Source: Oikopleura dioica (Eukaryota; Animalia; Chordata). From it: a stretch of 64,000 bases of DNA. The stretch lies in contig OU015568.1 in assembly GCA_907165135.1 (NCBI GenBank), forward strand, positions 1,364,001-1,428,000, in the 5' to 3' direction. The notes beneath the pieces are model-generated. The model ran no database searches and was not told the origin of the DNA. It saw only the letters and a program-made list of their open reading frames with translations. Made by a program: the position numbers and the translations under genes. This document shows positions 47,743-60,699 of this stretch, piece by piece (position 1 is the stretch's first letter; every line of letters begins with the position of its first letter).

Positions 47743-48615
47743 AATCATCATCCCAGCATGCTAAAAAAACTAACTCCCGTTCTACCTGTTCCCTTTTCCG
47801 TGACTAACTTTACCTGTAACACTTACTAGGCTTTTTCAATTCTAGCTTTTATTTCATTCTGATTTGAAGATTTAACAGTCAGCTGAGAATCAGCTGAAGG
47901 TGCATTTTACAATAAATAAAAAAAAGAAAAATCAATTTTTTAAGGCCATTTTTAATAAGTTACGAAATTTCGATTAAAAACTCTGGTGAAAGAATTACGA
48001 AGAATATTATTCTTTTGAAAGAAAATTTTGAAAAAAATAAAAATATGATGCAGGAACCGCAGAGAAATCGTAGAAATCCGATCAACGAATGATTATGAAA
48101 ACACCTTACTTAGAAGTTCATTTCGACGTCTCGGATGACGCTTATTTCACAGCTTGGCTGGTAATGAAGATGGCTTTTGTTGGATTAAATACTTAAATTA
48201 GAATGGAGTGCTTGAGTTATCATGATAAGAATAGTTTTAGATTCGATCTTTTCGCGAGTTTTTCGAGGTAGCGCGCATTTGCGAATGTCCATTTTGATCT
48301 TTTCTGACGCCCAAGAATATGAAAGAATTTCTTGTTTTTGTATTCCGAAAAAAAGCGAAGAGGAATGCCCACCAATAGTTATGGTTGAAATTCGTTACGT
48401 AGAGAAAATTTATATGCGTTCTCCCGTAAACTTCAACGATGTTGCGTTGTTTTCACAAGAAAACGAATCATACCACCAATTCAATATCAAAATGGCGGTT
48501 AGTTCTAAGGAGCGCCACCTCCCGGTTAGTATTCGAAAAGACATTATAAAAACGTTCCACAGCATGGATCCTCATCAATTATCAGAATATCTGAGAACAT
48601 AGGAAACATCAAGTT

Positions 48616-49562
48616 ATGAAGGTGAGTGTAGGTAATGATTCGATTTTTTAAAGAGAAAAATTTAGCTTTTCACTACAATTGCCGCCTCTGCCCTTGCCAA
48701 CCACTACGACTCCGGCATTTGTCACGACTGCCCCGACACCTACGACGGTGAATGTGGTGGACTGATAACAGACTTTAATACAATCGTCTCTCCCGGATAC
48801 GAGCGAGGGGAATACTACGATCTCCTCTCCTGCGAATGGGAAATTGATCTTGGTGATATCGAGGGTTTCAACATCGTTCCACTCTTTTTTGATGTTGAGC
48901 AGGATACTTATTGCTCATATGACGAGTTAATTGTCATCGATGGTAATGGAGATGAGAAAATCTTTTGCGGAACCAACTCTTGGCGAAGACGAAAATCCGC
49001 TGGAAAGGACAAAAAGGCACCTCCTAGAGTGACCTCGTCGTATACTATCAAAAATGACGGATTCGAGACGCTCTTTGTCGAAGGGGGCAAGGCAGTGATT
49101 AGATTCACGACTGATAAAGATATTCGAGAAGCTGGATTCCACTTCGAACTGCGAAAATTCGAACCAACTCGGCTCCAGATCATCGAAGCTCATGCTCAGG
49201 TAAATTTATTAAGATAACCAACTTTTCATCAGCATCATTATTAGCGAATTTTTGACGCCCTCGCCGACACCGGATACGGCCCCCGGTACCAAGGTCGAAT
49301 GGAAAAGATTTTCGCCAAATTGACCACCGCTTCTGCCTCAGGAGAAGATTGCCACGAAGAAAACGGCTTCGGTTCTGAAGCTGATGGTGTTCTTGTCTTT
49401 GACGATAGCGACATGTGCAAGCTCAACGGACAAGTCAATGCTGCTATCAACAGCTTCGCCCGGAGAAATGCTTGCGATGGGCGAGGTAAGGTCTACAGAC
49501 AAATCATTCGAGCTGCCAGAAAAGTCAGAAACTTTATGAATGAAAAACATAACTGCGAGTAA
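48616..49562 (+). CDS. Secreted CUB-domain protein with a Cys-containing helical C-terminal domain
   Basis: Signal peptide, then ECGGLI...IVSPGY...CEWEI...CSYDELIV...FCG...IRFTTDKDIREAGF (CUB consensus); 3 exons. Confidence 0.85.
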
Positions 49563-49794
49563 ATTATGAGTCTGGGCCATTTCTTTATGACTAAATAAAA
49601 AGGTTTCAATAATAGTTTGATTCCAAATGGAAAGAAACTGAATTTCTAAAACCAAGCACTGGGAAATCTGCAGATGTCTATTTGAAATAGACTATTTCTT
49701 CAATCCAGAATTTTACATAATGTTACGAAAGCTGGACGAAATGGGTGCTATATAACATCAACCGCTCAATTTAAATCATAAATTAAAAGTAAAA

Positions 49795-50418
49795 ATGAGA
49801 ACTCTTGCTTTTCTTCTTGCATTTACAAATGCTCAGCTGATCACGTGGGGTGGAAAATGCCCCGAAATTCCACTGATAAAAGATCTCGATGCTAACGCGT
49901 ATTCTGGCGCCTGGTTCGAGCAAGCTAGAGTTCCGGACAAAAACCAAGGCGATGACAAGTGCGTGAGCCCGATCTACGCCGTCAAGGACGATCGAAACAT
50001 CTTGGTCAACAACACCCACGTAATTGCTTACACCGATGGCGATCACCACGGCCAAGAGCTCCAGTGCCTCTCTGGCAATGCTTTCGTCCTTGATCCTGAT
50101 TTTCCCAACAAGCTTTTGGTCACATTCGATTTCGGTCGACAAAGTTTCAACTACAGAAACGAACGAGCAAATTACTGGATCATGGAGACGAATTACGACG
50201 AATACGCGATCGTAATGAGCTGCCAGAACTTGGGCGAGTTCATCGTCGAGTACGGCTGGGTCATGGCGAGGTTTGATTTTTCAAATTTTTGTAATGTTTC
50301 TGATCGCCGATTTCTAGAGACCAAAATTTACGAACAAACAATCCAGCTCGATACGCTGAAATTTACGAAAACTCTCGAAGCTACTCGAAAGTCTGGGATC
50401 GAGATGAAATCTTTTTGA
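49795..50418 (+). CDS. Lipocalin (apolipoprotein D-like)
   Basis: Signal peptide, GKCPE, YSGAWFEQAR (GxW motif), YWIMETNYDEYAIVMSC and GWVMAR. Probable 48-nt intron near 50271-50318. Confidence 0.9.
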   Translation: MRTLAFLLAFTNAQLITWGGKCPEIPLIKDLDANAYSGAWFEQARVPDKNQGDDKCVSPIYAVKDDRNILVNNTHVIAYTDGDHHGQELQCLSGNAFVLDPDFPNKLLVTFDFGRQSFNYRNERANYWIMETNYDEYAIVMSCQNLGEFIVEYGWVMARFDFSNFCNVSDRRFLETKIYEQTIQLDTLKFTKTLEATRKSGIEMKSF

Positions 50419-50584
50419 CCCCTCAAACTGGCTGCGAATATGACCGTGTTACTGTCTATCCTGAATAAATTAAAAATCCGCGGAACGATTCGCAGCTTCG
50501 AGAAAATGTCTCTAGAAACGGCTCAATATTGTTTTCCGCGCAGCACTTTTCTTCAGACACAAAAAAAGAGAAAAAAAAAAGAGG

Positions 50585-52503
50585 ATGACGGAGGGATTCT
50601 TGAATCTCCCAGAGCATACCGGGCGAAAATCGGGAATGCAGGATTTCACGAACAAGCTGAAAGTCATCAAAAAGTCACTGATAAAGACAAAGACGACTGA
50701 TTTCACCAAAGAAAATGAAACCACAGAAGAGTAAGTGAAAATTCTGTCTATTTCTGTCTCATCAGAATATTAAAAGACTTGATATGGAAAACTGGTCAAT
50801 GAAATCACTGGACGAAACGCAGAAACTCTGCTGCTCGGATAGATACGACGAAAAACTTGCGAAATATGTGAAAAATTTGACAGAGTCGAATGGTAAATAA
50901 ACATGTTTTTGCTTCATCTAGAATCTTTTAAAGCTTTTGCCGCGATTATCAACATAGTAATCGCTGTCAATATTTTATTCATGTTCTTGCAAGTGACATG
51001 GAAGAAGGACGTGATAAACATGACGTTCAAAGTTAAGGAAGGAGCTTTTAAAGAGACTCGATTCAATGATAATATTTATTCAGTGATAATACAGTAGTCT
51101 ATTTGAGAGAAAAGCAGTTTGAATAAAGCCCCCAAAAGCCAGAAAAAGCGACTCTCGGCACAACTGAGTCGATCCTAATTGATTGGTTCGACTCCGACAT
51201 CTTCGACTTTATTAAATGGCTGGAAGAAATCGACACGATAGTTTTCCTGACAGCTTATCTCGTCGAATTCCTGCTGAAATTCTACGCCGAGCTTTTCAGA
51301 TATTTCATTTCTCCTTCAAACTTCGTCGATTTCTTCATTTTGCTCGTTTCCTTCATTCAAATTGCCTACTCGCCAGAAGATGAATCCACGATGGGAAGCG
51401 ATTTGGGACAGTTTAGATGTATGTCCTCAATCTAAAATTGCTTCTTCTACCATCTTTTTAGTTCTGAAGATTCTCCGTGCTCTGCGAGCTTTAAGGACCC
51501 TGAAGACGCTGTGGATGTTTGGCGGTGCTCAAGTCATCATTGTTTCGATTTTCAAGTCGATGGGACGAACCTTTAAAAACATCGGCGTCATTCTGTTACT
51601 TGCAATTTGGATCTTCGGAAAGTGATTGAGACTCTGCCCCTTATTTTAGACTAAGAACACTCTCAATTACCAAAAAAGCCATTTTGATGTACAGTACGAT
51701 TTTCATCAGTACATCTCACAAAGAACCCCTCTATGATGAGTGGGGATGCTTTACTGCCTGCTTCGCCAATCTGTTCATCATGACTACTGCTGATGGTTGG
51801 TACGGCCTTGCTGATCGGGCTGAAAAATCGTCCTCCTCAGTTGCCAAAAGCCCTGGCACTCAAACAGTCATCGTCCGGTAAGTATCTGCTTCCTCTTTGT
51901 TTTTTTTTTCTTTTCTTTAGTTTCGTTGTTGGCATGGCTTTGATGTTGTCGCATTTCATCATTTTCAACTTGTTCATTGCCATCAACATCGCCCAGGTAT
52001 GAGAAAGAAGGGTGCAGGAAGAGGTAAAAATATTTTAAGGTCGATGAAGCGAATAAGGAATACATGGAATCAGTGAATTTGGAGAGGGAAGAACAGCTGG
52101 AGACCAAGAAGACTAAAATCATGCAACGGTAAGAGATCTTCATTGACGATTTCTACTTTTCAAAAAAAAAAAATTTCCGCATTATCATTATTTGAAATTT
52201 TAGGCAATATGATGACGTCAAAAAACTCCGCGATCAGCAAGACGCAAAAGGGTGCTCCTTCGACGAGTTGATCGAAAACTTCAAGCAAGGTCTGAAACAC
52301 GACGACTACACAGTGACGGACGGAATCGTCACCGACATCGAATGGATTGAAAATCACCGCCAGATTCTCGATCAACTCGATACTTCAACTTACAAGCTTC
52401 AGCAGCTGATTTTCGAGTATTCGAATATTCTCATCGTCGCGCAAAACGAATCACTCAAAGAAAAGGCCCTCAATGTTTTTAAAAAGAGGATGAAAGCGGC
52501 ATA
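50585..52503 (+). CDS. CATSPER3: CatSper3-like sperm cation channel alpha subunit
   Basis: 6-TM layout; pore NLFIMTTADGW; S6 FIIFNLFIAINI; C-terminus IMQRQYDDV...CSFDELIENFKQGL...TYKLQQLIFE resembles CatSper3. Start codon is inferred. Confidence 0.85.
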
Positions 52504-52537
52504 AACTTGTTTCACTGTTACTTTATTTTTCACTGTA

Positions 52538-54671
52538 TTACTGCTCCACAAATATATTTTTCATATTTTCTTGCAAAAGCTTCGACTCTTCTTTTGTATC
52601 AGAAGTGAAAGGCAGCAAAGTGAGTGTAGCAAGTTGAAATCCGATCATTCCAAGAACTGTAATGGCGATAACAGAGAGGCCAGGGTTGATCCAAGTTTCA
52701 AATTGGTCGATTGGGCCTTTGCTCAGCATTCTTCCAATAAGAATCGGCGCTAGAATAAATCCTATGAAGAATCCTTTTGAATAAACTTACCGATGATTCC
52801 AGCAATTTGCGAAATCGAGTTCGAAAAGGCATAAATCTGCGCCGCATATTTGCCACCCATTTCATTCGCGATCGGCTTGCAAGCGCATGTCAAAATTGCC
52901 GAGCATAGAAAACAGCAAATCATGATCGAAATAAAGATAAAGTTTTCCCAGCAAGGATAGAAGGTGATTCCGACCATGAACAAGACGGTCAAAATGCTTG
53001 AAACTGAGAAGAAGATCTTTCGGACGGTCGGCGTTGGAAGGTATCTTCGCATTGTGTCGGTAAGTAGACTCATGAGCATCATAAGAACCATTGTTATTGT
53101 AGCTTTTCAGAGTTATTAGATGCAATAAAGAGTGAAAAATTAGGTCATCGCTTCAAAGGACCTGATTTATAAAGTGGGTTTTAAAACGCTCGTAAGATTT
53201 TTATCTATTCAGTGACCAGAAAGGTCAACCCTGATTGTCGCATAAAAGAAGAAAAAATCCGACTGGAAGTCAGTTTTACTTTTTAAAATGTTTTCCTAGT
53301 CAGCACTGGGTAAAGGAAATACAAGATCAATTGACATCAATGCGACGTTGTAAAGTCGATCCTGTTCATAGTATTTTCTGAAATCATGAAAAATAAAACT
53401 CTTTCTTGAATTCCAAAGACCTTCGTTATTTTGCCAATCGAAACCCCAAGAAACAACTGATAATATCTCTGAGGAAAAATAGTGTAGAAAGCAAGATTGA
53501 AGCACGCACAGAACCAAGCTTAATAAATTAGTATTTTTTTCATTTCTTTTTTGTACCTAAGCAAAAGAGCCAAATATCTTTGTTTAGGATAATCTTCATC
53601 CATGGAGCAAAAGGCTTGTCTTTTTGAACCTCTCGATCGTTGACGAGATTGAATAGCTCTTCCTTGTCGATTTGATTCGAGAATCTCCAAGGGCGGATGG
53701 AATTGAGCATGTGCGGCGTGTCTTCTGGCTTGTCCGATGCTTTGAAGAAAAAGATGAAGAAGATCGGGATGTAGGACAAGGCTCCGTAATGAAATCTTAA
53801 AATATTGAGCTTTTTGATAAAATATTTTGTTACATTTTCTCCCAGCCAGCGCCAGATTCTAGAAGCGCCCCGCCGAAAATTCCGCTTATTATTAGGCCAA
53901 TTCCTCCGCCAAGCTGGATAAAGCCATTAAAAACTGTTATTTGGTCAAGTATTGGTCATGGTTATTATTATCATCTTTCTAAAGCGACCTGTCCTGTGAG
54001 CTCTTTTCGCAAGCTCCAGTAAAACAAGCTGCCAGACAGAATCGAAGTACAAGCACTTTGTATGACTCCACATAAAATCCTCATAACTTCCATCGGCATA
54101 CAAACTTGCTTTGCTGTTACAGTATTTCATAACTCAAGAATTTTTGAGTTTCAGCCGTTCCTACTGCTCCAGTAGCATCAAATCTTATCGTTACGGCTGG
54201 AAAAAAAACAGTTGTGAGAATATTTCCGACCATGGCGAAATTAATGAAATTATAGAAGCCAATTTTTTGGCCGACGATTGCCATTGGCACGATTGATGGA
54301 ACGTAGCCGATGTAAAAAGCTGAATTTATCAGCCCAACAGTTTTTTCGGACCAATTGAATTTTCGGTACCCAGTATTTTCTTCCAGCACTATATCATTTT
54401 TTCTTGAAGAAACTTTTGATAGGTTCAATTTGACACATTTTATAACTCTTTTTTCTCTCATATTTTTCGACCCTTTCCCTTCAACCTCGATTTTCTGCCA
54501 TTCTAGATTTTTCTCCACCTTGCATGTTCTATTTTCCGACCAGCCTCCCCCGTCTGCTTTGTCATGTCTCTCCACCATCCCCAAAATCGCCATATTCGTA
54601 ATGCTCCTCGACGAATACAAGCAAATCTGCACTAGAATCATCATAAACGCATGCTTCAGAGATGTTCTCAT
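52538..54671 (-). CDS. SLC17 (sialin-like) MFS transporter
   Basis: RSITNMAILGM, FNWSEKTVGLINSAFYIGY, APWMKIIL and GKYAAQIYAFSNSISQIAGII. Confidence 0.82.
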
Positions 54672-54983
54672 CTCTTTTTTTGAATTCTTTCTTTTCAGAA
54701 TTTCGCAAAAAAGAATTTCGGAGAGTCCTTTTTTAGTTTGATTTGGGAACTATAATGAGGTCTTTTCATTTTTAGGGTATCAAATAAACTCCAACAGGGA
54801 GCCTGATATTTGTAAAGCATACAAAAGCTCGAGATTTATTGGTTTTTCTAATTTTTCAGTTTGAAAATGCACGAAAAGGGAGGAGAATCTGGTCACCAGA
54901 TTAAAGCTTCAAGGCCAACTAATTCAAAGAAATTATAACAGGTTTTCTCAACGAACTTTATTCAATAGAATTATGATGATTCT

Positions 54984-56320
54984 TCAGATATCATCTTCTA
55001 GTTGTGAATCTAAAATCAACAGAATATTTTTTTCAGTTTCTGATTCTTCTTCGACGATTTCATCAAATCTCGACGCCTGGTTTAGGTTTGAAATCTGGAC
55101 TTTCAGGGTTTTCCTTATCGAGCCGCCAATCTTAACTTTATTCGAGAGAATCCTTTTCATTGAATTTTACCTTGCTTTTTGATAACTTCCAAGTTTTAAA
55201 AGTCCTTTTTAGATCCTCCTCAGTGATTCGGAAAGCCGCACATTTTTGAATAGAAATTTGAGCTAAATAGAGAATCATAGCGAAAAATTGCCATGGCTCG
55301 TTGATGCAAGAAAATTCTTCTTTGTTTTCTTCCACTTCTTTATTGCATCGATCCCAAAAGCTGTTGATGATTCTCACTTGTTTTTCGTCCAAAGAATCTG
55401 TTTTTTGGTAAATCACTTCGCTGAGAATCTCCAGAATTCTCTGTAAAAAGTGATTTTCTTCGAGCGTCATGATTTCTTCTATTTCATGTTCTTCGAAGTG
55501 CTCTAGAAACGTCCAAAGCGCTTTTTGCCCATTTTCATCGAGAAATACATCGTTGGACTCGAAGAGATTGAGGGCGTTTGAAAGAGCTTCTTCGTTTTTG
55601 CATTTGCAGATGATTTCATTGGCAGTGGTTTTGAACGTCGAAATCAAGGCAGAGGACTCAACGGAGGTCGGAAAGCGCTTAAAAATTATTGAGAGTGCTC
55701 GCATTGTCTGGGCTTTTTTTTGGTTCTAGAAGTCTATTTTTATCTAAGGTTAAGATTTAATGGAATTAAGGACGTCTTCTTCTCGTTTTTATTGAACTTG
55801 AAAGTCAAAAATGTAAAAGAACCCTTCCTAGAATAAAAACATCAGTTTCTCCTTCACAAAAACTAGCCAAATTCTGCAACACTATATCCAGTTCATCAAT
55901 TGCGTCCAAGTGCTGCAGCATATTCGCCATAATTCCAATCAGCAGTTCCAGAAGACGATTTCTCTCCGAATCATCGAAGTCATCTCTTTTGTCGAAAATG
56001 TGCTGGACAATCTCAAAAAGACCATTTTCGTGGTAGACAGTGGCAACAGAAGGAGTTTGAATAGAGTCCCAAATTTCGCAGAGAGTCGTTTCAGATCGAC
56101 CCTCGTTGAGATCCACAAAATCTTTCAGGGAGACGATGTAGCGCAGAATTTCGACTTTTGTGAACGCTTTTTTGTGATCTTCATTTTATCAAATTCATTA
56201 AATATTCTTAAATGACGGACCATCTCCTGAACCCTCAAGATATTCAATTTGTTCCTCCTCTTGTTCTTCATTTTCGTGGTTATCCCACTCTGGCGAGTTT
56301 CGCGCTGGAAGACCGTTCAT
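54984..56320 (-). CDS. SAAL1: SAAL1-like ARM-repeat protein
   Basis: MNGLPARNSP..., AFTKVEILRYIVSL, TLCEIWDSIQ and RLLELLIGIMANM resemble SAAL1 from recall. Confidence 0.7.
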
Positions 56321-57302
56321 TTCCGCGCTATCTTCTTTCGGGCACATCTCTCAAAATTGACGTTCAAAAAGGACGAAAATCGGGAAAATCAGAAAAGGAA
56401 AGATCGTAGGTGGTTTCCAACCAATCGGCCATCCGTAAAACTCGAAGTCGGCAAAAGACGATTTACTGACAATTTTCAACGAAAAAACTCATTATTTCTT
56501 CAAAAAATCATCATTACGGCGTCAAATCGTGGGCAAATTTCATATGGCCATGAATTCTATTTAACCCTACCCATAACTCCGGCACCAACTTAGCCAAAAA
56601 CTGACTTCATCCTTTGACCTGTCTGTTTTTCGTACCAAAAACAATAGGAAAAACCGACCATGATAGTGGATAGAGACCCTAGTCTAGGATTCCTAGACCA
56701 AGGCAATTATTCATTCGATTCATTTCTTGAATGCTTATTTTGATCTTCACCAGACTGAAACTAATGAAATAAATCGATATCTCTCCTCAATTGAGCCACG
56801 CTCCGGATCAATAGAACCTCAAGAGAAAAAAACTCAAACAAGATGGAAAATAAGGACGATCTCATTTTCAAAACTTACAAACCAAAGTTGACAAATTTTG
56901 CTTGGTGGATAGAATTTGCCAAAATTTGTGCTTTCTGCGTCACCATCATTTCAAGTGAGAATATTTTTTTTGATATTAAAAGTAGATTTTTTTTAGTTTT
57001 TCTTTACTGGCACTTCAAAAAAGAAAGTGCTCCGAAAGGACAACTGGAGAAGGAGGACAAAACCAATTATGAAAATGATAAACGTAAGTTTAAAATACCA
57101 AAATTTTTTGAAAAAATTCTTCTTTTCAGGATCAAGCTTTCTCTCGCCGTACAAAAATCGATCCCTTTCTGATGACACAACAAGTTTTTTATTTGAAAGC
57201 CTGTCTCTTAATAAATCCAAATGAAAAAAGTGATCTAGCTCTGAAATGATTACAGCAAATATTGAAAGAATAAAAGGAAAGGAAATGGATAGATAGCAGC
57301 TT

Positions 57303-58947
57303 TTAGACGCAGAAATCGGCTGTTGTTTCGAAAATAACTGGATAAAAGCTTCGAAAGTCGTGTCCGCCTATGACTTCCGTATCGACTATAATGTCGTTAA
57401 CAATGTTAATTCGTTCGATCGGGTAGACGCCATTCGCTGAATTGTAACCAATAACGAGGTAGATAAAGTCTCCAATTTTCAATGCTGAGCCAAAGGAAAC
57501 AAACTAAAACAAAGATAAAACAAGAGCTTGCGAATGAATCTTTAAGCGACCTTTTTCAGAGATCCGATGAGTCGCCAATATCGGTCGTTCTGGGTCTTGG
57601 TGTCCAGAAGCCAAATTTCCAAGCTATATGTAAAAATCGTTTCATCAAGTCCACCAAGCATGAGCATTGCTCCGCTCTCTAATCCAATAAGAGTGTGGCG
57701 GTAAGTATTTCTAAAATATTTCCATAAATTCAGAGCAATGTAATGTTAAACCTTGGATGATCTGGTAAGTTTTGCCATCCAGAAAAAGAGTAAGTCTCGA
57801 CTTTTTGGAACCCGCTAGGTTCATAGCTTCCGACGGTGGTTGGCTGCCCACGGTAGTAGCCAAGACTGCCAGACCAATGCGTGAATCGAGTGGAGTGCGT
57901 TGTTACTGAGCTGGATGTATCAAAAATCTCACAGTTTCTCCAATTCGTTGCCGAGAAGCAGACCATTGCTAAGAAAAACAAAAAAAAATGGACAATTAAA
58001 AATTGATACCTTTCTGCCCATTTTCGATTTGAATAGCAGAGCCGTCATCACTAGTAAATCCGTTTATCAATCGAATTGATAGTTCATTGAACGAACAGTC
58101 TTGCAGTTTCATGATCTGTAGAATTTGTAAGTCTCTCTTTTTATTTGGAATAATTTACCCTATGTTTATCCCTCACGCCTCCAAAAAGGTACAGTTCTCC
58201 CTGAACGAAAGCGTAAGGGCAGTACCCTGCATAGTTGTTGAAATTAGGGGTAATCGTCGCCGAGTTTTTCGTCATTCCATTTCCGGAGAAGATGTACGAA
58301 TCCGCCAAGTACTCAAATCCAAGAACAAAAATATTCATATTCCTCTAAAAATGATTATCAATTATAGTTTATCAACAGATATAATATTTGATATTTACCG
58401 GATCATTCGGATCGATTGTTGTCGTTATTGCTGTTGTTGTTATAATTGTTGCTTCTGCAGTTGTTTGCGGTTCATCACCGCATAGTTCATGCTTGCAACC
58501 AGAGCATCCGTCTGAACAGTAAACTCCGCAGGGGCATGATGATGAACTTTCTAGATTAGTTCAGAAGAGTTTTAAAAGCCCATTCCGACCTGTGAACTCA
58601 ATGAGACATTCATTTTCGCACAGAGAATTGTCACAATTCGCTCTGCATTGAAGATAATCAAATCGGCATAAAGAGTAGCACTCATCGTACAGGTCTTGGT
58701 CTCTTTATACAAGATTTCAGTGATGATAAAAGTAAGGATCACATATTTTAATTCGAAAATGCACTTACGGGCAAGTTTCATTTCCAGCAAAAGAGAGATA
58801 ACTGTCAGAAGAAGAACCAATTTTCTCATTAGGACTTTCTTGATCATCTGTATTTGATTGGCGTTTTTGAGGTCGAGGTCGAGCTTCGCCGCTTACATTA
58901 GCTCCAAAATATGCATGAAAAAGCAAAATAAATAGAAGAATTATCAT
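57303..58947 (-). CDS. Secreted Cys-rich + Thr-linker + kelch-like beta-propeller protein
   Basis: Signal MIILLFILLFHAYFG; CPCGVYCSDGCSGCKHELC; Thr-rich linker; GELYLFGG and SLGYYRGQPTTVGS; ends YPVIFETTADFCV*. Paralog of 37179-42162. Confidence 0.82.
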
Positions 58948-59129
58948 TTTTCTCGATAAGTAAGGATAAACGGTCGCATTCAATCCGTTAGTTCTGTGCA
59001 AATTGAAGCGCTTGATATTTAAACATGAATAAAATTACATTTTCCAGCGACAACGGACACTGTCGATTCTATCATGAACTCAAAGGACATTAACAGTTTC
59101 AATCAGAAAGAACTTCTCTCTATCGTTTA

Positions 59130-60699
59130 TTTCGTATTGATAATTGAATAGCTATCAAAAAAGGTTTCAGTGAGCACAAGAAGCATTGCCTTCATTATGA
59201 AGCCTCATAAATTTTAAGTTGTAAACTCCTTCTCCAGCTCAGTATTCCTCCAAAAGGGGCTGAGTTCAAATTTAATAAACTCACTCGCTCTTGAACAGAT
59301 TTCATGCTCGATTAGATGTCTCAGAACATCATCGTGCTCAACAAACTCTGTACAGTTATAGTTTTTCTCCATAATTCTCTCGACAAGATTTTCCTTCAGC
59401 AGATTTTCCCCAAAGATTTTCTCAAGCTCAGTCTCCTCAATTTTATCTGGATTTTTGACAAAGAAAGGCCTTTTCTTGAGAATTTCTTCATAAGAGCTAT
59501 CAAAAATATTCTTTAAGAGTAAATTTTATACTGAAATAATAAGCTCGAGCCTGAGAATTTCTGAAGGTCAGTCGTTTCGAACTTTTTTCTCCACTCTATA
59601 CAGGTGAATTCTTGCCTTTGATGCTCAATTAGACTCTTTGAAACTTCCTTCTTCAGGTAGTTAGGCAATTGAGTAGAGTTAATTGTCTTGTTCAACAACT
59701 GATAATCATCCCATAGATCTTTTCTGAAATAAAATTACTTAAATTGTAGGTAGTTGAAATTAAGATGCCTCAATTGTATAATTAGAATTATGCCGGCATT
59801 TCTTGACCAATTTTGAGTTTTTGCTACTGTTTGTTTTCCCTTTAAACTACCTTTCACTTCGAATCATTCTCAGAAACTCCACATTTTCAAAAGGATAAGC
59901 CAGAAGAACACATTTCGCCTCAGTCTTGAAGTCGACCTTCACCCTCTCTCCGTTGCTCGCCAAATAATTTTTCCTCTTTTCAATGGGCAATGCGTTCTCT
60001 ATCCAGCACTCTCCGTCTTTCCTTATCTTCGGAAACGGATTCGCCTCCAGATCAAAGTCAATAAGTCGCAAAAACTTGTCCCATAAATCCTGCCTCGTTG
60101 AGCGGCAGTTGAAATTTTGGTGCATGATGAAGAATGAATCAAATTTTCCGCCACAGGTTTTTTTCAAAAGTCGCCAGTCGAGAAACTTGAGGCCACTTTG
60201 ATTCTTGAGGAGGTAAGGGTCCAAGAGGATGTCTAAAGGCATGGACAGACGCTTGGATGATTGGCCGAGGACGATTTTCTTGAGAATAGGTGGAAGAGAA
60301 AGAGTTCTACGTTGATTTCAAAACTCGGACAAAAAATCGACTTATAATTTGGCCAAAATTGACTGAAATTTTCACTAAAATTTTGAGTAAAATTTGACAG
60401 AAATCGCCTTTGAAATCATTCCTATTCAATTGTTTCGCGAAGAAAATCGCCTCTCTCATCCCTAGAATTTGATTCTCATTATCAATATCAAACAGTGGCA
60501 CTAGAATCTTTTCATCTTCTCCAGCTTCTCTTTGCGGAAATTGTTCAGGGTTGGAAAAGCAGCAATTTGGACAAGGATTTCTCAGCTGGTTCTCTTCCTT
60601 GATTTCAAACGAAAATCTCTTATAAACTGCGACTGAATTTGAATATAATAAAAGTGAAACAATGATAAGAAGAATTTTCGTCGATGTTTTCTCAAGCAT
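59130..60699 (-). CDS. O-fucosyltransferase-family (POFUT-like) type II membrane protein; 3' end unresolved
   Basis: N-terminal TM, then NENQILGMREAIFFAKQLNR|TLSLP, matching the NQ...A..LNRTLVLP motif of the POFUT family. Confidence 0.62.

Noticed and set aside
48222-48602. 126-aa ORF
   Set aside because: No recognisable motif or splice support; it may be a UTR or chance ORF.
56650-57230. Small membrane-protein-like ORFs on the plus strand
   Set aside because: Conflicting frames and no coherent exon chain.
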